A stretch of DNA of 64,000 nt, from IMG/VR virus record IMGVR_UViG_3300036715_003906, positions 1 through 64,000 of that record; one strand, 5' to 3'. Every line of letters begins with the position of its first letter. Position 1 is the stretch's first letter. The translations under genes were made by a program, and so were the position numbers. The notes beneath the pieces are model-generated. The model ran no database searches. It saw only the letters and a list, made by a program, of their open reading frames with translations, and was not told where the DNA came from. This document shows, in pieces, positions 9,347 to 18,836 of this stretch.

Positions 9347-9745
9347 ATGACCACCCTGACCCTCCGCCCCGCCAAGCTCGCCGACCTCGACAACGTCATC
9401 CCAGGCTTGGCCAACGTCTGGAAGCAGATCAAGGCCCAGTGCGGCACGAAGAAGCGCGTCCCCACCATCACCCTCGCCGACTACGCCGAGGCGATGTGCC
9501 CGAACGACGACTCCCTGTGCCGGCGCTTCGCCCTCGACCTCACGACGATGAATCTGAGCGCCGGGCTCCGCGTCTCGGCCGGGGAGTGGGCGGTCCATGC
9601 CAGCCCCAACCACGACGAAGGCGTCGAGGGCGTCGGCAACGGGCAGGCCCTCCTTGACTGCGAGTGGAACGATTTTCACGGCTTCTTCACCCTGCGCATC
9701 CAGGTGGCCCCCGGGGCCCTCCCGAAGCAGGTCACCCAGGGCTGA
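9347..9745 (+). CDS. hypothetical protein
   Basis: Leaderless ATG after P6; strong codon bias. Confidence 0.75.
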   Translation: MTTLTLRPAKLADLDNVIPGLANVWKQIKAQCGTKKRVPTITLADYAEAMCPNDDSLCRRFALDLTTMNLSAGLRVSAGEWAVHASPNHDEGVEGVGNGQALLDCEWNDFHGFFTLRIQVAPGALPKQVTQG

Positions 9746-9780
9746 ACCGGTGTAGGGGGGGAGGATGGAGAACAACAACC

Positions 9781-10455
9781 ATGGGCCAGCGTAAGCCTCG
9801 CCTGCCCCGCAAGGTCACCCCGGATGAGATCTTCGAGACGTATGGAGTCGAGGCCCTGGCGCTGGCCCGAACCCACAAGGGACCCGGCCGGGTCGGGGTG
9901 GAGGGGACGCTCGACCACGGCTACCTCCAGATGAAGCTCGTGCCCGAGGCGTCGCTCCTCTCGGTCAAGGGGATTCGGGCGCGCATTCCCGTGATCGACG
10001 AGGGAGGGGTCATCTTCGCGATCCGCGCGGGACTACGGGCCACCTGCGTCCTGCTGAGGGACCCGAGGCGCGTCGACCTCGACGACCTGGCCGACCAGTA
10101 CGAGGAAGAAGCGCGGCTCGTCCTCGCCCGGTACAAGGAGCGCACGGCGGTCTGCATCTACATCCGCGAGAACGGCATCATCGAGGTCCGTGCCATGCCC
10201 GAGAAGGATTCCCTCTGGTTCTTCCACAAGGAGTCTCCACACCCGGCGCTGGCGCTCATGATCTTCGTCCTGCCTGACTGGGCCGTGGCCTACACCTTCC
10301 GCATCTCCGCCGAGGTCACCGAGGAGGCCCCGCCCCTGACCCCGGCGGAGGTCATCGCTCACAAATCATGGGGCGGTGTGCGCAGGGATCAGGTGAAGGA
10401 GTTATCGATCTTCCCGTTGTCGAGAAAATCGTCCTCAAGCCCAGGGACGAGGTAG
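9781..10455 (+). CDS. hypothetical protein
   Basis: ATG 9781 with purine-rich leader, downstream of GGTGTA at 9749. Confidence 0.6.
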   Translation: MGQRKPRLPRKVTPDEIFETYGVEALALARTHKGPGRVGVEGTLDHGYLQMKLVPEASLLSVKGIRARIPVIDEGGVIFAIRAGLRATCVLLRDPRRVDLDDLADQYEEEARLVLARYKERTAVCIYIRENGIIEVRAMPEKDSLWFFHKESPHPALALMIFVLPDWAVAYTFRISAEVTEEAPPLTPAEVIAHKSWGGVRRDQVKELSIFPLSRKSSSSPGTR

Positions 10456-11324
10456 TGGGAGCGGAGGGTCGAGGGCTCGTGACCGACGGCGTCCGCCGTG
10501 GTGTCGAGGGCCCGCTTGAACTCCTCCTTGAGCTTCTTCTCCCGCTTCTTCTTGTCCTCGGGGAGCGCGCCGCCCTTCTTCCGCTCGGCCCGGAGCTGCG
10601 CCTGCATCTCATTGTTGGCGTGGAAGCCGCGGATGTCCTTGGCGGTGATCGTGAACTTCTTGAGGTAGCTGTTCACTTTGTCCGCGGTGACCTTGCCGCC
10701 CTCCCAGGCGAAGATGTCCGCGTCCTCCCCCTCGACGGCCTCGTAGGCGTCACGCAGGGCCGTGAGGATGGCCTTGTCGGTCACCTGCTTGTCGTGCTTG
10801 ACGCCGGCCTTGCCCACGTACTTGAGCTTGGCCCTGCCCTTGCCGAACGTGACGTGGCTCTTCTGCCAGCCGGTGACCCCGAAGTGCCCGTCGTCGGCCG
10901 ACTCCTCGTTGCCCACCCGCTCGTAGGTCTCGTCCATGAGGGCGACGGCCAGGGCGGTGAGCTTCGTCTCCGGATCGTCCGATCGGAGGTCGCGCTTCAC
11001 CTTCGCCCGAAGCTCGCCGATCTTGCCCCGGAGCTTCTCGATCCGCTTGGCCTTCTCCCGGTTCCGGTGCTCGATCTGCTTGTCCGAATAGAGATAGACC
11101 GTGCCCCCCTTGTCGGTCTTCTTCTTGTCCTTGTACTTGGCCGCCAGCCGGGCCGTCAGGGACATCCCGACCTCGGGCCCCCCTTGCCCGCACCCCGGGC
11201 AGGGGAAGCTGGCGTCGAAGACGGCCCCGGTCTCGGGGTCGCCCGTGAAGCCGCAGGCCGGGCAGCCGGCCGAAGCCGTCCGTACCCCGTACCGGGCCGC
11301 GAGTCGCTGGGCAAGGGGCGTCAT
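10389..11324 (-). CDS. type IB DNA topoisomerase (bacterial/poxvirus-like catalytic domain) with N-terminal Zn ribbon
   Basis: ERVGNE, HFGVT, YVGKAGVKH, TAKDIRGFHAN, VGHEPSTLRSHY (catalytic R/K/R/H/Y pentad). Confidence 0.85.
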   Translation of the reverse strand: MTPLAQRLAARYGVRTASAGCPACGFTGDPETGAVFDASFPCPGCGQGGPEVGMSLTARLAAKYKDKKKTDKGGTVYLYSDKQIEHRNREKAKRIEKLRGKIGELRAKVKRDLRSDDPETKLTALAVALMDETYERVGNEESADDGHFGVTGWQKSHVTFGKGRAKLKYVGKAGVKHDKQVTDKAILTALRDAYEAVEGEDADIFAWEGGKVTADKVNSYLKKFTITAKDIRGFHANNEMQAQLRAERKKGGALPEDKKKREKKLKEEFKRALDTTADAVGHEPSTLRSHYLVPGLEDDFLDNGKIDNSFT

Positions 11325-12097
11325 GTCACGGCCTCCAGGAACGCTTTGGTCGGTTCAGGCATCGCCTTGCCGAAAGCAAGGTGCGCCGCAGCTTCGGCGA
11401 AGTTCTCCAGCTCGTTGGTCTTGCCGTAGGGGGTCACGTAGAGGGCCGGGCGCTTCTCGCCCGCGGCAATCTCCTCGTCCCGGGTGCCCTGAGCGAGCTT
11501 GAACAGATCCTCTTCGCTGTTCTTGTCGGTCAGGCAATCCTGAACGTACTCCCGCACGGGGGGCGCGTCGGGGGACGTGAGCCAGAGGGTGAGGTTCTCG
11601 GACAGATCCGAGGGCATGGGCTTCTTGAACTTCCGCAAGCGCGCCATCGTCACCACCTCCGCCGCCACGGCCCTTCGCAGGGCACTGTCGAAGAGGCGGA
11701 TGTCGTAGCTCGGGTGCTGGAACCTCTTGAACTCTTCCCGCTGCTCGCTGCTCAGAAACTTGAACCAGAACCGGTGCCCGAACTCGTGTGCGATGGTGTA
11801 CGCCTGGCCCGCCGGCTTGTGGTAGGTGAACAGGATCGCGATGCTGTCCGTCTTGGGGTCATACTCGGCGGCGTTCCGCGAGCGTCCCACGAGGTTCACC
11901 TTTCCGTAGAGCCACTGCCGGAGCTTCCCGTGTTGCCCGAGGTGCGCCGCCGCCAGGTCAAGGGCCCCCAGCGTCTCCTCGGTCTGCTCGGGGGTTGCCG
12001 TCCCCGACACCGTGACCTCGAAGGGCCCCCGCTGGATTGTCTTGGCTTTGGCCGCGCTCCTTGCCCGATCGGCCCGTCGCTCCGTCATGGTGCTCAT
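11321..12097 (-). CDS. zincin-like metallopeptidase (MPTase/lethal-factor-like)
   Basis: IAHEFGHRFW (HExxH) and VTPYGKTNELENFAEA downstream Glu ligand motif. Confidence 0.7.
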   Translation of the reverse strand: MSTMTERRADRARSAAKAKTIQRGPFEVTVSGTATPEQTEETLGALDLAAAHLGQHGKLRQWLYGKVNLVGRSRNAAEYDPKTDSIAILFTYHKPAGQAYTIAHEFGHRFWFKFLSSEQREEFKRFQHPSYDIRLFDSALRRAVAAEVVTMARLRKFKKPMPSDLSENLTLWLTSPDAPPVREYVQDCLTDKNSEEDLFKLAQGTRDEEIAAGEKRPALYVTPYGKTNELENFAEAAAHLAFGKAMPEPTKAFLEAVT

Positions 12098-12374
12098 TCG
12101 TCGTCCTCCTCGTCATCCTCGCCGGCCAGGATGACGGGCTCCGCCTCCTCGGCCTTCTGCTTGTCGGGCGGCGGGTCGTGCCAGATCTTGAACAGGCCAT
12201 CTCCTTGTCCTGCTTCCGACCCTTGGGCACGGGCTCGATCACGACCGTGGGGTTGCCGTGCTTGTCCTCGCCAAATTGCCGAATAATCCCGTGGGGGTTC
12301 TTGTATTTTCCGTGAAGTACGGGATCGCCGGGGGTGAAGAACCCCGCGCTAAGTGCGCGGCTCAGCAGGCGCAT
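12094..12374 (-). CDS. hypothetical SH3-like protein, one frameshift near 12200
   Basis: SD GAGGGG then MRLLSRALSAGFFTPGD.VL.GKYKN; continues LFKIWH...EDDE to TGA at 12094 in the adjacent frame. Confidence 0.55.
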
Positions 12375-12653
12375 CCCCCTCGGGGACGTGTGCCCCGTAA
12401 AGGGCCAAAATCTGTCGAGCCCAATGGACCTTGTCAACGACCCGTTGCCCAGAGGGTTGGCTTGGGTGGGGGTGAGGGCACCCGTCGATCGTGCATGTTC
12501 CTCGTCGGACACGTATACTTTCGGCTCGTTGCCGCTGGAGGAGATGAGGGCGGCACAGCCCTGAACGTCCAGCGGGTTGCTCGCAGCTTTCGGCTTTGCA
12601 CGTGCCCGAGTACAGGAATAAGAGAAGTACCGGGAGGCCAGGCGCTGGGCCAT
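12375..12653 (-). pseudogene. 5' fragment of a gene starting MAQRLASRY, fused in frame to the next gene
   Basis: GGAGG SD before ATG 12653; no stop before the next SD/ATG; sequence looks patchy. Confidence 0.4.
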
Positions 12654-12751
12654 CGGGACCTCCACAGGGCTCGCGCCAAGGACGCGGCCCGCCCGCCGCT
12701 GGGCGATGCTCCTACCCCCTGGCCAGCAAACAGAAAGAGTCTCACCCCCTT

Positions 12752-12784
12752 TGGATTCCCGGGGGGCCCCCGCGTAGTAGCGGC
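12752..12784 (+). promoter_or_regulatory. class I promoter cassette (P7)
   Basis: TGGATT-17nt-TAGTAG-cggc-ATG. Confidence 0.75.
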
Positions 12785-13057
12785 ATGTTCAAACGAACCG
12801 ACCGGGTCACCTCCAGCGGCTGCCTCCTCACTGTCCTCGACGTCTCCGTCGGGGCCCTCACCAGGGCCTTCGGGGCCCCTTGCCGGGGGCATGAGGACGA
12901 TGAGGCGGGGTACAGCGGGGAGGAGTGGTACTTCGAGGGGACGGGGGGCCAGAAGGGCCACTTCCACGTCTACGTCCGGTGCGGGCAGCCTCGGATCGGG
13001 GGCAACGAGAACCAGAACCTCCCGCTCTTCAAGGCGTGGCTACGGAGCCGTCTCTGA
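12785..13057 (+). CDS. hypothetical protein
   Basis: Leaderless ATG after P7; single plus-strand gene inside a minus-strand block. Confidence 0.7.
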   Translation: MFKRTDRVTSSGCLLTVLDVSVGALTRAFGAPCRGHEDDEAGYSGEEWYFEGTGGQKGHFHVYVRCGQPRIGGNENQNLPLFKAWLRSRL

Positions 13058-14026
13058 CCGTTCCGGGCCCGTCTGGCCCGCTTCGTAGAAGCGCATCAGA
13101 CGGGCGACATACCGGAAGGGGTCCACGTCCAGGCCGTCGAGGGGCACCGTGCATCCCGCCGCTTTCCGGTGCCCGCCCCCGCCCCCGAAGCGCTTGCCGT
13201 AGTGCTGGCAGAAGGCCCCGCAGTCGAAGGTCCCCCGGCTCCGCGTCGACAGGATGAGCCGCGGGTAGGGGTCCGTGGCGGGCTCGTAGGCGAACGTGAT
13301 CCCGACCACGAAGTCCGCCCGATCCCCGAGGGCCTCCGCCGCGTCGCTGACCAGACCCTTGGTGGTCAGGATCGCCACCTTGGTGCCCTTGTCCGTCGTG
13401 TGCCAGTAGGCCCGCTTGATCGCCTTCTCGACGTCCCGCTGCTGCCGCTCGTGAAGGATGCGCCCGAGCGGCGCCCACGTCCCCTCCCACTCGCTCAGGA
13501 TCGTCGCGAGCCCCTTGGCCTGCCAAACGTCATTCGAGGCCAGGGACAGGGCGAGCCCCTGCTGGCACGCGAGGACCCAGTCGGGGGACGAACGCTGCCA
13601 GGTGTCCCGGACGCCCGCCAGGGTGGCGAAGCGCTCGACGGCCGGGTCCCCCGCCGGGTAGCGCGCCTTCCACACCTCGCTGTACGCCAGGGTCGCCCCG
13701 CAGATGCCGGGCTGGGTCTTCTCGTCCCCGAACACGCCCTTCTCCCCGAAGGCTTCCACGACCGGCCGAGCCGTCGCGTGGTGGTCGAGGACGATCGACC
13801 CCGCTGCCACGAACTCCGCGGTCCGTCCCTCCGGCGGGCTCATGTCGCAGAAGAGCAGGCCCTCCTCCGCCGGGAGATTCTTGTGGGCGTCGGTCCCGTA
13901 CTGGACGAACCGGATCGGGACACGGGGCAGGGCTGCTTGAAGGATCAGGGCGGACGCGGTCCCGTCCGAGCAGGAGTCGTGGGTGATGAAGGTCCGCACC
14001 TTCAGGAGATCTTGCAGGGATAGCAT
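13040..14026 (-). CDS. DHH/DHHA1 phosphoesterase (NrnB-like)
   Basis: HDSCSDGTASA, FCDMS, LDHH, GGGGHRKAAG; leaderless TACCCT-7nt-ATG. Confidence 0.85.
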   Translation of the reverse strand: MLSLQDLLKVRTFITHDSCSDGTASALILQAALPRVPIRFVQYGTDAHKNLPAEEGLLFCDMSPPEGRTAEFVAAGSIVLDHHATARPVVEAFGEKGVFGDEKTQPGICGATLAYSEVWKARYPAGDPAVERFATLAGVRDTWQRSSPDWVLACQQGLALSLASNDVWQAKGLATILSEWEGTWAPLGRILHERQQRDVEKAIKRAYWHTTDKGTKVAILTTKGLVSDAAEALGDRADFVVGITFAYEPATDPYPRLILSTRSRGTFDCGAFCQHYGKRFGGGGGHRKAAGCTVPLDGLDVDPFRYVARLMRFYEAGQTGPERSETAP

Positions 14027-14183
14027 GGCGCCCAGGGTATACCGTGCGTGCCGGGAGGCCAGGTATTGACCCGGGGCCTCCTCACCCCCATCTCGTCACA
14101 CAGGTCCGCCAGCGGGAGCCACGGGTGGATGAGGACGTTGTGCGTCACGCAGAGGGCCCACCAGCGAAGGGACCGCCGGGGCT

Positions 14184-14474
14184 TCACCCGGGCCCCCGGT
14201 CGATGAAGGCCAGGGCCGCCGTCGTGTCGTGCAGCCAATCGCCCCAGGGGCCCGGGAGGGCCTCCATCAGCGGGTGGGCGACCAGGTTATGCACCCGGCG
14301 CCAGAAGAGGACGGACCGGGCCGAGGGCAGGGGAGGCAGGGGCAGACCCGCTTGCCTCTCCCGCAGACCCCGAAGCTCCTCCAGCCAGGCGGCAAGCTGC
14401 CGGTGCTCCTCGGCGCAGGGGCTCTCCCCCTGCCCCTTCTCGTCCGCGTGGACGATGGCCTCGTCCAGCGTCAC
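14184..14474 (-). CDS. hypothetical protein
   Basis: TLDEAIVHA..CAEEHRQLAAWLEELR motif seen in phage proteins; GTGA coupling. Confidence 0.55.
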   Translation of the reverse strand: MTLDEAIVHADEKGQGESPCAEEHRQLAAWLEELRGLRERQAGLPLPPLPSARSVLFWRRVHNLVAHPLMEALPGPWGDWLHDTTAALAFIDRGPG

Positions 14475-14776
14475 GACGCCGGCTCCGCGGGCTCGTCGGG
14501 GGGCAGGGTGACCCGCACCACCTCCCGGTCCCCGATGCTCGCCTTGACCCTCTCCTCGGACCCCCACCAGCACTGCGGGCTGTAGACGTGGGTCCCGTTG
14601 TCGAGGAGGATGCGGGGCACCTCGCGACCGGCCTCGTGGGCCATCTCCGTCATCCACCCCACCGCCCCCGCCTCGGGGACGTGGTAGCCCTCGAACACTC
14701 CGTAGCCGAGAAGCCGGACCGGCGTCTGGTCGGCACTCAGCAGGGGCCCCACGCGCTCGCCCACCTTGGCTCTCAC
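14471..14776 (-). CDS. hypothetical protein
   Basis: LLGYGVFEG...ILLDNG..VY..QCWWG pattern; coupled overlaps at both ends. Confidence 0.6.
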   Translation of the reverse strand: MRAKVGERVGPLLSADQTPVRLLGYGVFEGYHVPEAGAVGWMTEMAHEAGREVPRILLDNGTHVYSPQCWWGSEERVKASIGDREVVRVTLPPDEPAEPAS

Positions 14777-15165
14777 TGCATCCTCCGTATCGCGTCGAAG
14801 ATCTGGTTGCGACGTCCCGGGTCCGTGACCCGCTCGATCCGGCCCCGCTGGGCCTTGTACCACGCCTGGACAGACCCCCCGCCAGCCGCGTGCCGGTCCA
14901 GCTCCCCGAGGAGCAGGGCGACCTCGGCCCCCTGGTCCACCGGAGGCTCCTGGAAGGCTCGCGCTCCGGGGCTCCGCCCCTCCTCGGGAATCTCCTCGAT
15001 CTGCCCGGCCAGCTTGGTGGCGAGGGCCAGCCCCGCCAGGCCGTGCGTCAGGGCCGCCATGGCCTCCTTGCTGTCCTCCCCCCGCAGGAGGGTCCGGCAG
15101 ACGTTCTCGAACGCCTCCCGGGTGAGCGTGAGGATCTTCGCCTGACCTTCGGTCTGGGGTTTCAT
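14773..15165 (-). CDS. hypothetical protein
   Basis: ATGA-coupled ORF in the minus-strand operon. Confidence 0.55.
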   Translation of the reverse strand: MKPQTEGQAKILTLTREAFENVCRTLLRGEDSKEAMAALTHGLAGLALATKLAGQIEEIPEEGRSPGARAFQEPPVDQGAEVALLLGELDRHAAGGGSVQAWYKAQRGRIERVTDPGRRNQIFDAIRRMQ

Positions 15166-15455
15166 GATGTCGCTTTCCCTGCCCGCGCAAGAAGGAAGCT
15201 CTTGAGCTTCCCGGCCACCTCGGAGGCATCGAGGTTCCCGGCCTGTCGTAGCCCCACCTCCAGCGACCCTGCAAGGAAGGACGCCGCCTGCTGGGGGTCC
15301 TTCATCATGGCCCAGCAGGGCTTGCAGTAGTGGAGCGCCAGGGGCGCCTCCTGTCCCGTGGCCCGGAGCACGGCTCGCTCGGTTGGGGTGAGCGTCACCG
15401 TTTCCATCCGGCTCTCCTCGCGGAAGGCCCCACAGATGCCACAGGCTCGCTTCAT
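15162..15455 (-). CDS. small Zn-finger protein
   Basis: CGIC ... CKPC; ATGA coupling. Confidence 0.6.
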   Translation of the reverse strand: MKRACGICGAFREESRMETVTLTPTERAVLRATGQEAPLALHYCKPCWAMMKDPQQAASFLAGSLEVGLRQAGNLDASEVAGKLKSFLLARAGKATS

Positions 15456-16063
15456 TTCGCCCCGTTGTACGCGGAAGCAATCGCCATGTCCACATCGTGC
15501 GGGGAGAGCGTCCCGAGGGCCAGGCGCTCCCCGAGAAGCAGGGCCAGGCTCACGGGCACCGGGGCGGCCAGCGGGAAGAGACGACCGAGCCGCCGGACGT
15601 GCTCTCCAAACTCCCGGGCCTGGGAAGGCAGAGGGTCGATCCCGAGGCCCGTCCCTGCCCGATGGGGGTGACACTGGTCAGGGTCTCCGTGGCTCACGGT
15701 CACCCGGCAAGCCATCGGCCTGCCTCCATGCCCGAGGCACAGGCCCTTGTCGAGCACGGGGCACGGTATCCCCGCCAGGAACCACACCTCGGGGGCGAGG
15801 CCCCGCACCTTCTCCCAGTGCTCCTTGATCCGCGTCTGGAGAGCCGTGGTCCACCGGCCCTGCGCCCCGAGCGCGCGGTAGAGGAGGAGCCCCTCCACCA
15901 CGCTCGTATGGACCGGGTACAGGCAGCAGGACGCGCACCCCCTCTTGCACGAGAGGGGGCCTCGGCCCAGCGCCTCCTGGTGCGCCTCGTCCCCCAGCCG
16001 GGCCCGTTCGCTCCGGACATCCGCCACGGTTCGCTCGACGAGCAAGGGGAGCTTACGTTTCAT
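15452..16063 (-). CDS. YkgJ/CxxCxxCC family Fe-S or Zn-binding protein
   Basis: SCKRGCASCC, CPVLDKGLC...RPMACR. Confidence 0.8.
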   Translation of the reverse strand: MKRKLPLLVERTVADVRSERARLGDEAHQEALGRGPLSCKRGCASCCLYPVHTSVVEGLLLYRALGAQGRWTTALQTRIKEHWEKVRGLAPEVWFLAGIPCPVLDKGLCLGHGGRPMACRVTVSHGDPDQCHPHRAGTGLGIDPLPSQAREFGEHVRRLGRLFPLAAPVPVSLALLLGERLALGTLSPHDVDMAIASAYNGAK

Positions 16064-16556
16064 CGTCCCCGATCAGATCGTAAACCGTCGGGGGGGCGGG
16101 CTTGGGGGGCGCTTCGGCCCAGGCCCTGCGTTGGTCCACGCTCCCCACCTTCACCGGGATGCGGATGACCTGTTCCCCGCGCCTGTGTCCTGCCTTGACG
16201 AGCCCCCCAGGTACCAGGACGACCTCGGGGTGGAAGAAGATGCTGCCCCCCGCCGAGGAGGGGTCCACCATCGTCCACTGCTCGTAGGGCACGAGGAGGG
16301 ACCACGCCTTGCCATCGAAGGTCTGGATCGACTCGACGGGCCCCAGCCGGGGCTGCCTCGGGGCGATCAGAAAGCGCCAGGTCTGGGGGCTGGACACGAC
16401 CACGCAGTTCGTGGGGTCCGTCTCGTCCAGGTTGAAGGCCACCTGGGTCGAGGTACCGTCCGCACGCCGCAGTGTCGCAGAACGGGTCACCTTCGGATCG
16501 TAGCGCGTCACCGTCCACATCCGGCCCTCGCGCCGGATGATGTCCCCCACCTTCAC
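16053..16556 (-). CDS. hypothetical protein
   Basis: GTG 16556 overlaps the upstream stop; KVGDII start. Confidence 0.55.
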   Translation of the reverse strand: MKVGDIIRREGRMWTVTRYDPKVTRSATLRRADGTSTQVAFNLDETDPTNCVVVSSPQTWRFLIAPRQPRLGPVESIQTFDGKAWSLLVPYEQWTMVDPSSAGGSIFFHPEVVLVPGGLVKAGHRRGEQVIRIPVKVGSVDQRRAWAEAPPKPAPPTVYDLIGDDET

Positions 16557-16870
16557 GGACTCACCCTGGGGAGCAGCTCCTCGGGGTGGAATCCCTCCAG
16601 AAACCGCACGATGCGGTCCCGGCTCTTCTCCGGCAGGGAGTCCGCCACCTCGGTCATGGCCTTCTCGGTCGCCTGTCGCAGAACGGCCATGAGGTCGTCC
16701 CGACTCTGGCTCTGCCGTGCCTGGTTCCACTGATCTTCCAGCCTCCCCGTCAACCCCTGCTCGATGGTGAGGAGGCCCTTGCCCACGTCGTCTTCGCGTC
16801 CTGCCATGACGGCTGCGCGGACCTTGCTCTTCATCAGGCGGTAGGCCGCCTCGTAGATTGTCTGTTTCAT
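16553..16870 (-). CDS. hypothetical protein
   Basis: Leaderless ATG after P8. Confidence 0.65.
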   Translation of the reverse strand: MKQTIYEAAYRLMKSKVRAAVMAGREDDVGKGLLTIEQGLTGRLEDQWNQARQSQSRDDLMAVLRQATEKAMTEVADSLPEKSRDRIVRFLEGFHPEELLPRVSP

Positions 16871-16904
16871 GGGGGATACTACACCTGACATGCCTTGAAA
16901 TCAA
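16871..16904 (-). promoter_or_regulatory. hybrid class I/II promoter (P8)
   Basis: TTGATT-17nt(ending GGTG)-TAGTAT-ccccc-ATG; canonical TAnnnT. Confidence 0.8.
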
Positions 16905-16933
16905 AAGCGCGGACCTTTCGGGGCCCGCGCTTT
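16903..16933 (-). terminator. intrinsic terminator after the histone-like gene; U-tract overlaps the -35 of P8
   Basis: AAAGCGCGGGCCCC-GAAA-GGTCCGCGCTTTT stem-loop on the minus strand. Confidence 0.75.
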
Positions 16934-16962
16934 GTCATCCCCAGAGGGGGCTCAGGAGAGGG

Positions 16963-17886
16963 TCAAGCCGACGCGGGCTGACCCAGGAAGGCGATGGCCG
17001 AGGTGCTCGTCACGTCGTCCGCGTGCCCGTTGGCCTTGTTCTTCGAGGTCTTGGGCGCGATCACCGTGGTCGTGACGACCGGGTCCGACGCCTTGGCCTT
17101 CCCCTCGGACTTCTTGGCCGGAGCGGGCGCGGGGACCGCCTGGATCTGCTTCTCCCGGAGCGCCTTCACATCCGCTTCCGCCCGGGCCCGGCCCTCGGCC
17201 GTCACCCGGTACATGCCCCGCTGCCCTGAGACCCGCTCGAACATCGCCGAGGTCGAGCTGAGCGTGTGGCTCACGTAGTCGATGGGCTTGCTCGCCCCCG
17301 GGGCCCAGCCCTCCGCCTTGAGGAGCTGGAGGACGGCGTCCGCGTTCATCGTCTGGTCCTTCATCACGTAAGCGATGCCCACCGCCGCCGTGGGCCGCAG
17401 CCCCATCGCCACCGCCCGCCGACCCTCGGCCGACGCCTGGAGCCGCCGCTTCTCGCTCTCCTCCGTCCGCCCCTTGGGCGCCGCCTTCACCGGCGCCGCG
17501 CTGACCGCCTTGTCGGCCTTCGGGGCCGCCTTGGGCGCCTCCTTGGCCGCCGGGGTCTTCGCCGCCTTCGTCTTCGTGACCGGGCCCGCCGTCTTCACGT
17601 CGATGACGGGCGCCACCACCGCGCTCGGGTGGCGGCCCGTGTCCTCCGTGGTCTTGAGCGTCGACATCCCGAGGGCGTGCTCGATCCCCTCGACCCGCTT
17701 CTGGGCCTGGTCCGCCTGGGCCCGGGCCGCCTGCGCCCGACCCTCCACCTCCGCCAGCCGGGCCTTGAGGTCCGCGACCTTGGCCTCCGCCGCCAGCGCC
17801 TCCTTCTGGAACGTCGCCGCCTCCTTCTGGGCCGCGGGGAGCAGGGTCTTGAGGGTATCGTTCATGGTCGTCGTCGTCGTGGTCAT
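16963..17886 (-). CDS. Lys/Ala-rich histone-like protein with coiled coil and winged-helix domain
   Basis: N-terminal heptads, AAK/APK repeats, C-terminal HARE-HTH-like segment (V..TLS...MFERV..RGMYRV); strong SD and terminator. Confidence 0.6.
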   Translation of the reverse strand: MTTTTTTMNDTLKTLLPAAQKEAATFQKEALAAEAKVADLKARLAEVEGRAQAARAQADQAQKRVEGIEHALGMSTLKTTEDTGRHPSAVVAPVIDVKTAGPVTKTKAAKTPAAKEAPKAAPKADKAVSAAPVKAAPKGRTEESEKRRLQASAEGRRAVAMGLRPTAAVGIAYVMKDQTMNADAVLQLLKAEGWAPGASKPIDYVSHTLSSTSAMFERVSGQRGMYRVTAEGRARAEADVKALREKQIQAVPAPAPAKKSEGKAKASDPVVTTTVIAPKTSKNKANGHADDVTSTSAIAFLGQPASA

Positions 17887-18190
17887 GGTTTCTCTCCGTT
17901 TTCGTTTCTGGGTATCGCCCCCGAAGGGGACATCTTGCGGAGGCAGGAGAGTGCTCCTTGGAGGGCGTCTCCTTCCTTCACGTTGGTAAACCGGCAGCGC
18001 CGGAGCTGGTGACAGGTGGCGAGGACTCCGGGCCCGGCCCGTAGCCCCTCACAGCGGTCACAGAGGGTGGTGCCAAAGTTGACCTCGAATCGTAGTCGCG
18101 CCACCTCTTCGTCAAGGTCGAGGAGCGCCTTGCTCACATCCCCCGCCGCCTGAAAGGCACGGGCAGGGTCCCCGGACTCGAAAGCCCGGA

Positions 18191-18436
18191 TCAGACGGTC
18201 GACGAGGGCAGCGGCATCTCCCGTTCCACGTCGCCCAGGTGGATGATCCCCAGGCGCCGCAGGTGGGCTTCCGTTTGCCCCTTCTGCTGGGCCGCGAGCA
18301 GACCGGGGACCCACTCGGGCCTGACCTGCCGTGCTCGCGACACCGCTGCTTGCAGGAGCTGTGCCCACTCCCCCGGGGTGGCGGGGGTCCGAATCCCCCC
18401 GGTCGGCGGGGTCTCGTGCGTTCTGAACTTCGTCAC
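18191..18436 (-). CDS. hypothetical protein
   Basis: GAGG SD plus GTG. Confidence 0.4.
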   Translation of the reverse strand: MTKFRTHETPPTGGIRTPATPGEWAQLLQAAVSRARQVRPEWVPGLLAAQQKGQTEAHLRRLGIIHLGDVEREMPLPSSTV

Positions 18437-18442
18437 GTTGCC

Positions 18443-18835
18443 TCACTGCGCGAAGGGGGGGTTGCCGCGGAAGATGGCATAGAAGGGGTCCGCCAGCGGG
18501 GAGTGGTGCCGGTTGAGCGCCGTCTGGGTCGCGTCGTCCTGCTGCTCCGTCGGCAGACGCTGGATGGTCTGGGCCAGCTCCCGCAGCCGGGGGTTGGTCG
18601 TCACACGCAGGAGGTCCGCCCGGGCCTTGTCGTCCCGTTCAAGGACCGTGATGACCTGCTCCTCCGTCAGCGTGTCGAGCTGGCAGACGCCGACGACCCC
18701 GGGAGACTCCCGCTCGATCCACACGTTGTTGGTCGTGTCCCCGTCGCACAACGTACAGGTGGGAGGCGGGCAGCCGTACCCGGGCGGGAAGTGCGGGTTG
18801 CAGGTACAGGGGGTCTGGTTGCACGGACAGGGCAT
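18443..18835 (-). CDS. Cys/Pro-rich hypothetical protein
   Basis: GAGG SD; CPCNQTPCTC...C..CTLC N-terminus. Confidence 0.6.
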   Translation of the reverse strand: MPCPCNQTPCTCNPHFPPGYGCPPPTCTLCDGDTTNNVWIERESPGVVGVCQLDTLTEEQVITVLERDDKARADLLRVTTNPRLRELAQTIQRLPTEQQDDATQTALNRHHSPLADPFYAIFRGNPPFAQ

Positions 18836-18836
18836 A

